This document shows positions 16,077 to 21,294 of a DNA stretch of 24,000 nucleotides, one piece after another. Numbering within the stretch: position 1 is the stretch's first letter; each line of letters begins with the position of its first letter. The notes under the pieces were generated by a model. The model was given only the letters and a program-made list of their open reading frames with translations, ran no database searches and was not told the DNA's origin. The stretch is from Thermoplasmatota archaeon (GTDB lineage: Archaea; Thermoplasmatota; JAKEGO01; JANQNJ01). Made by a program: the position numbers and the translations under genes. The stretch covers positions 11,754 through 35,753 of the forward strand of contig JANQNJ010000023.1 of the NCBI GenBank assembly GCA_028279645.1, read 5' to 3'.

Positions 16077-16616
16077 CTAACTGAGCTCCTCCTCGATGGA
16101 ATCTGCCAGCTGGATGCACCTGTCGTAATGACGTGTCCTCAGCGAGGTAGCGGCCATTCTGAGGACCGATCGTGCGTGGACGGTATCCTTGCCTATCCGG
16201 TTCGCCCTTGCGATGGTCCTACGGGCCTCCCTGAGCCTTCTCTTCGCCATTCTTGCATCGAAACCATCAGAGGGTGGGGAAGGTACTGGCTTGTGGGCTT
16301 CGGCCCTATGTGACGGGGGTGTCTCGAACGCATCGTCCCGATCTACTTCATGCTCATACCTTGCGGAAACCGGCTGACCGGTTCCAGCCGTCTGCCGCTT
16401 ATGCTCCTTCTCGTGATGTTCGGGCGAGATCCCCATGACGGCTATCAGAACAAGGATCACCAGGAGGACCTGGGTCATGAGGAGCTGGATGATATCCGTG
16501 CTGCTCCACTGCCCGCCGGTCCCCAGGACGATGACGAAAGGTATGACTATGATCAGTATGGATGCGCTTATGCCGATGGTCAGCATACTCCTTCTGGGGC
16601 CTCTGTGACCGGTCAT
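16077..16616 (-). CDS. Hypothetical membrane protein: two N-terminal TM helices, a Pro/His-rich linker and a basic helical C-terminus
   Basis: The ORF lies 63 nt downstream of glnS on the same strand. The TM helices are MLTIGISASILIIVIPFVIVLG and LLMTQVLLVILVLIAVMGI. I recognise no family. The start could be the second Met (MLTIG). Confidence 0.5.
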   Translation of the reverse strand: MTGHRGPRRSMLTIGISASILIIVIPFVIVLGTGGQWSSTDIIQLLMTQVLLVILVLIAVMGISPEHHEKEHKRQTAGTGQPVSARYEHEVDRDDAFETPPSHRAEAHKPVPSPPSDGFDARMAKRRLREARRTIARANRIGKDTVHARSVLRMAATSLRTRHYDRCIQLADSIEEELS

Positions 16617-16679
16617 GGGCTCTCGGTCCCACTAATGCGATGCTGTTGTAATATGTCTTTCGGACCAGGGGTTGAAGGC

Positions 16680-18359
16680 CTACTTCCCCTTCTTCTGCAT
16701 CCGAGCCCATGTGTCCCTGAGTGTAACGCTCCTGTTCAGGACCTGTCGCTTCGAGGTCGAATCCGGATCGACGCAGAAGTATCCGAGCCGCTCGAACTGG
16801 AACCTATCGAAGACCGCAAGGTCGGTTATCGATGGCTCGACCTTCGCGTCCGGGATCACCTTCAATGAATCGGGATTGATGAGATCGGCGAGCTTCGCGT
16901 CCTTCTCGCCGAGCGGGTTCTCGACGGTGAAGAGACGGTCGTACAGCTTCACCTCGGCGTCGACCGCATGACGGGCCGAGACCCAGTGCAAGGTGGCCTT
17001 GACCTTTCTTCCATCGGGGGAATCGCCGCCTCGTGTGGCGGGATCGACGCTGCATCTCAGCTCGGTCACGGTGCCTTCCTCGTCCTTGATGACATCGTTG
17101 CATATCAGGAAATACGCATACCTTAACCGGACCTCGCGGCCGGGTGCCAGTCGGTAGAACTTTCGAGGAGGATCCTCCATGAAGTCGCTGCGTTCTATGT
17201 ACAGTTCTCTTGAGAATGGAACGGTCCTCGTCCCCGCCGACGGGTCCTCCGGATTGTTGACAGCATCGAGCCCTTCATCGTGGTCCTCGGGAAGGTTCTC
17301 GATGACGACCTTCAACGGATCGAGGACGCCCATGAACCTCGATGCTGTTCTGTTGAGCTCATCCCTGACCACCGATTCGAGAAGTCCCAGATCGATGATG
17401 TTCGCCTTCTTTGCGACGCCCACGCGCCTGAGGAACTCCCTGATGGCTGCAGGTGGATAGCCCCTTCTGCGCATGCTCCCTAGGTTCGGCATGCGAGGAT
17501 CGTCCCAGCCTTTCACGTGACCCTCCTCGACCAGCTGCCTCAGCCACCTCTTGCTCATGACGGTGTAGGTCATGTTCAGGCGCGCGAACTCCGTCTGCTC
17601 CGGATGATAGACCTCGAGCTGCTCGAGGAACCAGTTGTACAGCGGTCTGTGGTTCTCGAACTCGAGGGAGCAGAGGGAATGTGTGATCCGCTCGATGGAG
17701 TCGGATTGCCCGTGTGTCCAATCGTACATCGGATAGATGCACCAGTCGTCGCCGGTTCTGGGATGAGGCTGGTGAAGGATCCTGTACATAACCGGGTCGC
17801 GCATGTTCATGTTGGGATGGGCCATGTCGATCTTTGCCCTGAGCACATGAGCGCCGTCTGGGAACTCTCCCGCTCTCATCCTGGTGAACAGATCTAGATT
17901 CTCCTCTACGGAACGGTCCCGGTGAGGGCTGTTCCTGCCGGGCGTGGTCAGATCGCCGCGATACTCCTTGATCTCGTCACCGCTGAGGTCGTCCACGTAG
18001 GCTACGCCCTTGTTGATGAGCATCACGGCCCATTCGTAGAGCTTCTCGAAGTAGTCGGATGCGAAGTAGAGCCGGTCCTCCCAGTCGTAGCCGAGCCACC
18101 GGATATCCTCCATGATCGAGTCGATGAACTCCTGCTCCTCGGTGGCGGGGTTGGTGTCGTCGAACCGCAGGTTGCATAATCCCGTGTAATCCTCGGCTAC
18201 GCCGAAGTTCAACACGATGGACTTGGCATGTCCGATGTGCAGATAACCATTCGGCTCGGGTGGGAACCGCGTATGAACGCGACCCTCGAACTTGCCAGAG
18301 GCGTTGTCCTCGTCGATCTTCGTCCTTATGAAGTCATGCAGCTTCTCTTCTTCGCTCAT
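16680..18359 (-). CDS. glnS: Glutaminyl-tRNA synthetase (GlnRS), bacterial-type, with no eukaryote-like N-terminal extension
   Basis: [71 protein letters not shown] is collinear with E. coli GlnRS as I remember it ([71 protein letters not shown]). The match continues through [28 protein letters not shown](S/T)LEF, the VMSKR class I motif, [13 protein letters not shown]..(L/I)HWVSA, LYDRLF, FQFER.GYF and LRDTWA. I trimmed the start from the track's GTG 18413 to ATG 18359, which aligns with the E. coli N-terminus. Confidence 0.9.
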   Translation of the reverse strand: MSEEEKLHDFIRTKIDEDNASGKFEGRVHTRFPPEPNGYLHIGHAKSIVLNFGVAEDYTGLCNLRFDDTNPATEEQEFIDSIMEDIRWLGYDWEDRLYFASDYFEKLYEWAVMLINKGVAYVDDLSGDEIKEYRGDLTTPGRNSPHRDRSVEENLDLFTRMRAGEFPDGAHVLRAKIDMAHPNMNMRDPVMYRILHQPHPRTGDDWCIYPMYDWTHGQSDSIERITHSLCSLEFENHRPLYNWFLEQLEVYHPEQTEFARLNMTYTVMSKRWLRQLVEEGHVKGWDDPRMPNLGSMRRRGYPPAAIREFLRRVGVAKKANIIDLGLLESVVRDELNRTASRFMGVLDPLKVVIENLPEDHDEGLDAVNNPEDPSAGTRTVPFSRELYIERSDFMEDPPRKFYRLAPGREVRLRYAYFLICNDVIKDEEGTVTELRCSVDPATRGGDSPDGRKVKATLHWVSARHAVDAEVKLYDRLFTVENPLGEKDAKLADLINPDSLKVIPDAKVEPSITDLAVFDRFQFERLGYFCVDPDSTSKRQVLNRSVTLRDTWARMQKKGK

Positions 18360-18459
18360 CTGATACTCTCCGTTCCAGGTCGTGCTCACCGACCCGGACC
18401 TCCTCGAAATCACGCTAGGATGATAATAAGGATTTGGGTCGGATCGGGACCACGCACGC

Positions 18460-18810
18460 TCAGAGCTCGAACGTCGTGGTCAGGAGCTTCTGCTCCTCCT
18501 CGCTCTTCATGGTGAACTCCGGGAAGTCGTTCATGTACTCATCGATCCCCAGTTCGGTGATGGAGATCCGATGATCGGGTTCGAGAGCGAGATATCCGCA
18601 TTTCATCAGATAGTCGATGACCTCGGCGTACTGGACCGAATCGAAGCGGGACCGGAGCTCGGGCTCGTGCTGAAGGATCTCGTCCGGAGTGAACGTCACG
18701 GAGGAGGAGCCTTCAACGTGCTCGTAGATCGCCGAGAGGAGGAACTTCCTGTCCTCAAGCTTCTCGAGCATCCTGCCCTTGTAGTCGTCGTGTACCTTTC
18801 CTTCGGCCAT
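18460..18810 (-). CDS. Hypothetical small acidic protein, first gene of the putative glnS operon
   Basis: The track ORF is 18460-18837 with a GTG start. The in-frame ATG at 18810 gives [32 protein letters not shown]... It is on the same strand as glnS and 100 nt upstream of it. A TATA-like box lies about 35-45 nt upstream. No recognisable family. Confidence 0.5.
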   Translation of the reverse strand: MAEGKVHDDYKGRMLEKLEDRKFLLSAIYEHVEGSSSVTFTPDEILQHEPELRSRFDSVQYAEVIDYLMKCGYLALEPDHRISITELGIDEYMNDFPEFTMKSEEEQKLLTTTFEL

Positions 18811-18842
18811 CTCTATCCAATTGGTTAACACAGCCACATGGA

Positions 18843-18854
18843 CTTATATTTTTT
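18843..18854 (-). promoter_or_regulatory. TATA-like box upstream of the hypothetical gene and glnS operon
   Basis: The minus strand reads AAAAAATATAAG, roughly 35-45 nt upstream of ATG 18810. Confidence 0.35.
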
Positions 18855-19024
18855 GGGACATCGCTCTGTACCGTTCGAATGGATTTAACACATCTATGAG
18901 GCCTAAATCCAGGCCAGAGAGGGAGAAACAAGCTCGAAGGGCGGGTCCAAGCGTCTACCAAGCATGGGTCCGAACATATTCCCGGCGCGGGACGTCCGTC
19001 GTTCCCGGCTATATTATACGTATA

Positions 19025-19111
19025 GAGCCCCGTCGACCGAGAGGCTTAAGAAGTATCTCAGCAGAACCGTTCTGGAGCGAATGTCAGGCTTAACCTCTCG
19101 GGTACGGGGCT
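19025..19111 (-). ncRNA. tRNA-Gln acceptor-stem-mimic long hairpin element, copy 2 (distal to the tRNA)
   Basis: The minus strand reads AGCCCCG-TA-C-CCGAGAGG-TTAAG...CCAGAACGGTTCTGCTG...CTTAAG-CCTCTCGG-TCGA-CGGGGCT-C. The closing 7-bp helix AGCCCCG/CGGGGCT is identical to the acceptor stem of the adjacent tRNA-Gln. The inner 8-bp stem is plus 19037-19044 paired with 19094-19101. The apical 10-mer (plus cagcagaacc, 19059-19068) is shared with copy 1. Confidence 0.5.
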
Positions 19112-19120
19112 ACGTATCCC

Positions 19121-19138
19121 AAAAATTAAAGAAAAGAG
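19121..19138 (-). terminator. Oligo-T tract after hairpin element copy 1
   Basis: The minus strand reads CTCTTTTCTTTAATTTTT immediately 3' of the element. T-rich tracts act as archaeal termination signals. Confidence 0.4.
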
Positions 19139-19225
19139 TAGCGCCGTCGACCATCGTGCTTAAGATGTATACCAGCAGAACCTAGCTGAAGCGCTTTTTA
19201 AGAATAACACGATGGGTACGGGGCT
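19139..19225 (-). ncRNA. tRNA-Gln acceptor-stem-mimic long hairpin element, copy 1 (proximal to the tRNA)
   Basis: The minus strand reads AGCCCCG-TA-C-CCATCGTG-TTATTCTTAA...GGTTCTGCTG...CTTAAG-CACGATGG-TCGA-CGGCGCT-A. The architecture matches copy 2. The inner 8-bp stem (plus 19151-19158 paired with 19208-19215) differs from copy 2 at five consecutive positions, each with the matching complementary change. The closing helix has one C:C mismatch. The 3' flank TCGACGGCGCTACTCTTTT mirrors the 3' flank of the tRNA. Confidence 0.5.
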
Positions 19226-19237
19226 ACGGCTCCCAAC

Positions 19238-19251
19238 ATAAATAAAAAGAG
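19238..19251 (-). terminator. Oligo-T tract directly after tRNA-Gln
   Basis: The minus strand reads CTCTTTTTATTTAT immediately 3' of the discriminator base. Confidence 0.4.
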
Positions 19252-19323
19252 TAGCCCCGTCGAGATTCGAACTCAAGTCGCGAGGTCCAGAGCCTCGCAT
19301 GATAACCTCTACACCACGGGGCT
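19252..19323 (-). tRNA. tRNA-Gln (anticodon CTG)
   Basis: The minus strand reads AGCCCCG TG GTGTAGAGGTTATCAT G CGAGG CTCTGGA CCTCG CGAC TTGAG TTCGAAT CTCGA CGGGGCT A. It has a perfect 7-bp acceptor stem, a 5-bp anticodon stem, and the loop C-T-CTG-G-A with T33 and a purine at 37. The T-loop TTCGAAT is canonical with a G53-C61 pair. T8, A14 and the GG in the D-loop are present. The first pair is A1-U72 and the discriminator is A73. CCA is not encoded. Length is 72 nt. Confidence 0.9.
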
Positions 19324-19386
19324 ATTACGAGCGTCCATGGGTATCGACCACGTCGAAACCTAGAACGAGAAATCTGTAATCCCGAG

Positions 19387-19402
19387 CATATATATATTTA
19401 TT
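19387..19402. promoter_or_regulatory. AT-rich TATA-like tract between the divergent tRNA-Gln and the small membrane ORF, possibly a bidirectional promoter
   Basis: catatatatatttatt lies about 40-55 nt upstream of ATG 19441 on the plus side and about 65-80 nt upstream of the tRNA 5' end on the minus side. No better TATA candidate lies closer to the tRNA. Confidence 0.3.
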
Positions 19403-19440
19403 GTGCAACGGAAGGTTTTTACTTCCATTGGCGCTTGTGG

Positions 19441-19632
19441 ATGCAGATAGCGATGTCCTTTGACTTCATCCTCATGCTGACCTTCTTCATTATGGCCCTG
19501 GTCTTCGGTAATCTGGCCTGGGTAGCGAAGCATGCCTGGAGGGACAGGAGGAGGACAGAGCTGTTCGTCTGGATCGCGGTCGTATCCACCATTGCGTTCA
19601 TGATAACGGCCTGGCCGTACATTCCGGATTGA
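19441..19632 (+). CDS. Small two-TM membrane protein (63 aa from ATG 19441)
   Basis: MQIAMSFDFILMLTFFIMALVFGNLAWVAKHAWRDRRRTELFVWIAVVSTIAFMITAWPYIPD has two clear hydrophobic helices separated by a basic loop. Its stop overlaps the TTG start of the next ORF (TTGA at 19629-19632). Confidence 0.4.
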   Translation: MQIAMSFDFILMLTFFIMALVFGNLAWVAKHAWRDRRRTELFVWIAVVSTIAFMITAWPYIPD

Positions 19633-19883
19633 TCGTTGGAGGACCGCTGTTGACTGATCCTGAAAAGGCTGCATCATGCACCATCGAGGTCGAGCTGGAC
19701 GCTGACCAGATCGAGGCGGTGATGGCGGCCCTACAACCGGATAACACAGGGTTCGTGGACACCACTAGGGACGGCAATATCGTCAGGTTCACAATATCAT
19801 CGGGCTCTGTCAGGTCGCTCCGCCATACCATCGACGATCTCATGGCATGCTTGAAGGTCGCGGAATCCGCCTCAAGGAAGTGA
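19629..19883 (+). CDS. Pcc1-like KEOPS complex subunit (small alpha/beta protein)
   Basis: ASCTIEVELDADQIEAVMAALQPDNTGFVDTTRDGNIVRFTISSGSVRSLRHTIDDLMACLKVAESA fits the archaeal Pcc1 pattern as I remember it: an N-terminal beta strand plus helix, then R.G..(V/L).(F/V).(I/V), then ..(S/D)...LR...(N/D)..(L/M)..(L/V).VAE. The size is right at about 80 aa. There is no in-frame ATG before VMAAL, so a TTG or other non-ATG start is implied. Confidence 0.5.
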   Translation: MIVGGPLLTDPEKAASCTIEVELDADQIEAVMAALQPDNTGFVDTTRDGNIVRFTISSGSVRSLRHTIDDLMACLKVAESASRK

Positions 19884-19900
19884 CTACGGCCCCGGACACC

Positions 19901-19918
19901 TTTCTTTTTAAAAAGAAA
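19901..19918. terminator. Perfect 18-nt AT palindrome (TTTCTTTTTAAAAAGAAA) downstream of the Pcc1-like ORF. T-tracts on both strands make it a candidate bidirectional terminator.
   Basis: The sequence equals its own reverse complement. It lies 18 nt after stop 19883 and about 40 nt before the next gene's TATA-like box. Confidence 0.35.
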
Positions 19919-19958
19919 CCGGCGAAATCGATGGTTATGTGGTGTGGAAGTACGAAAC

Positions 19959-19967
19959 CTATTTAAG
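19959..19967 (+). promoter_or_regulatory. TATA-like box for the KaiC-like ATPase gene
   Basis: CTATTTAAG is preceded by GAAAC. Its centre is about 26 nt upstream of ATG 19989, which fits a leaderless archaeal mRNA. Confidence 0.45.
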
Positions 19968-19988
19968 CAGAACGACCGATTTTGTGCC

Positions 19989-20636
19989 ATGCGCAGGCTC
20001 ACAGATTCCGGTATTCCCGGACTGGACGGGCTCCTGGGAGGGGGCTTCGTCAAGCCGTCCATAACGTTCGTTTGTGGACCGCCGGGTTCCGGCAAGACGA
20101 TATTCGCGTTCCAGGCGCTGTTCCACGGCGCCAACAGAATGGGCGAGAACGGGATGTACCTCTCCATCGACGACCTCGACGATAGTGAGCTCGACCTGAT
20201 GTCGTCCTACGGCTTCTACAGCCACGAGCTGATCACGTCAGGAGCGGTGAGGTACGAGAGCCTAGCGGAGGTATGCTACGGCAAGTCCGACATACTTTCG
20301 GATATCTTCAAGCGGATCGACGCAACAGGCAGCGACCGCGTCGTCCTCGATCCCATCGAGATAATCAACGCTAGCTACGAGCAGTCTGCGATATGGCGGG
20401 TCCTGATGGAGGTTAGGAGGGGGATGAGGGAGAGGGAGTGCCTCGCGTTCCTGTGCGGCTCCGCCGAGAACATGCGAAAGATGTCGTATTTCTGCGACTG
20501 CCTGATCTGGCTCGATAAGGACGAGGACGATGGTGAACGCACCATCACGATCGAGAAGATGCGCGGCACAGGGCACTCCATGGGTCCGAAGAAGATGGAG
20601 ATCTCCGAGCAGGGGATCATGGTCTGGCCGGACTAG
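19989..20636 (+). CDS. KaiC/RadA-like RecA-superfamily ATPase, single domain
   Basis: MRRLTDSGIPGLDGLLGGGFVKPSITFVCGPPGSGKTIFAFQ carries the GIPGLD...GG(F/L) lead-in and the Walker A motif GPPGSGKT, both typical of archaeal KaiC-like proteins. Walker B-like DRVVLDPI follows. The C-terminal ITIEKMRGTGHS matches the K(M/L)RG..H motif. I trimmed the start from the track's GTG 19944 to ATG 19989. Confidence 0.75.
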   Translation: MRRLTDSGIPGLDGLLGGGFVKPSITFVCGPPGSGKTIFAFQALFHGANRMGENGMYLSIDDLDDSELDLMSSYGFYSHELITSGAVRYESLAEVCYGKSDILSDIFKRIDATGSDRVVLDPIEIINASYEQSAIWRVLMEVRRGMRERECLAFLCGSAENMRKMSYFCDCLIWLDKDEDDGERTITIEKMRGTGHSMGPKKMEISEQGIMVWPD

Positions 20637-20715
20637 GCCGTCAGACATCATGTAAGGTATTGGTGCTAGTTTCCCGGTTATCGGATTAGCATCATAGAGT
20701 TCATCATTGTCATAT

Positions 20716-21267
20716 ATGAGGAGTAGAATGGGAGAAAAACGGTTAGGACAATGGTACCAGAATGATCTCGAGATCTACGCAGGTATATTGGTATTGATAC
20801 TAGCCACATTGTTCATATTCTACGCTGCTTATGATACCCTCGCATTCAGTTACAATCTCTTCCATCATGGAGAGGACCCTACCGATTTTATATTCTTCTT
20901 GATCTTCGCAGTAGCTATCTTGATGGCTCCCAGCGCATTGCTTCTGATCCATCCGTCCTGGAAGATCAGATATCAGTTCGATGAGGTCTCGATCACCGAT
21001 CTTGAAAAGGTATTGAAAAGGAAAGGATGGACCTACAAGATGCTCGCTCCATATTCAAGCGAAAAGAACAAATGGACGGTCAACGGACATTACAAAGTAA
21101 CAGGCAACAGGTCGTTTGGCAGGTGCAACTTGACCATAATTGTAAGCACTTCAGACGGCAAGGTCGCACTACTCGAGATCTCTCGTCGTTTCGATACCAA
21201 GGGATCGATATTGTTCAGATTGAAAGAGGATCTTGATGAGGGCATGTTCTCGGATCTGAGTGAGTGA
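20716..21267 (+). CDS. Hypothetical membrane protein (two TM helices plus a soluble domain of about 100 aa), AT-rich gene
   Basis: The TM helices are LEIYAGILVLILATLFIFYAAY and FIFFLIFAVAILMAPSALLLI. The C-terminal domain is YQFDEVSITDLEKVLKRKGWTYKM...KVALLEISRRFDTKGSILFRLKEDL. The start is ATG 20716 (track TTG 20707) or ATG 20728. No family recognised. Confidence 0.5.
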   Translation: MRSRMGEKRLGQWYQNDLEIYAGILVLILATLFIFYAAYDTLAFSYNLFHHGEDPTDFIFFLIFAVAILMAPSALLLIHPSWKIRYQFDEVSITDLEKVLKRKGWTYKMLAPYSSEKNKWTVNGHYKVTGNRSFGRCNLTIIVSTSDGKVALLEISRRFDTKGSILFRLKEDLDEGMFSDLSE

Positions 21268-21294
21268 AGATCAGGTCAATTGTGATCGATCGCT

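Noticed and set aside
18360-18413. The 18 N-terminal codons (GTG start, [18 protein letters not shown]) that the track adds to glnS
   Set aside because: ATG 18359 ([12 protein letters not shown]...) aligns with the E. coli GlnRS N-terminus and has a GGAGAG SD-like element about 8 nt upstream.
16128-18515. Antisense and off-frame ORFs over the membrane protein and glnS (16350-16868 at 172 aa, 16399-16710, 16804-17103, 17359-17742, 17517-17897, 17922-18179, 18228-18515)
   Set aside because: The glnS frame has end-to-end homology to GlnRS. The others are compositional artefacts.
18873-18880. T-loop-like GTTCGAAT suggesting another tRNA
   Set aside because: The flanks allow only a 2-bp stem. 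No acceptor or anticodon arms can be drawn on either strand.
18821-19185. Plus-strand ORFs 18821-19093 and 18964-19185 across the hairpin elements
   Set aside because: Their internal peptide repeats (APSTERLKKYLSRT and APSTIVLKMYTSRT) simply mirror the DNA repeats. The region is better explained as structured RNA elements with T-tract terminators on the other strand.
19025-19323. Interpreting the three tandem units as a CRISPR array, as extra tRNA genes, or as integrase att-site duplications or MITEs
   Set aside because: - Not CRISPR: there are only three units, the repeats are long hairpins and there are no spacers.
- Not tRNAs: the two elements lack D, anticodon and T arms.
- An att duplication would copy only one end of the tRNA, but both acceptor strands are present in each unit, and no integrase is nearby.
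- A MITE origin is not fully excluded, but the compensated stem block argues for RNA-level selection.
19360-20651. Minus-strand ORFs 19360-19677, 19419-19622, 19598-20167 (189 aa), 19959-20225, 20262-20651 and 20375-20620, plus the plus-strand ORF 19982-20185
   Set aside because: They are antisense or out of frame relative to the small membrane ORF, the Pcc1-like ORF and the KaiC-like ORF, which have motif support. Their composition is P/R/S-rich.
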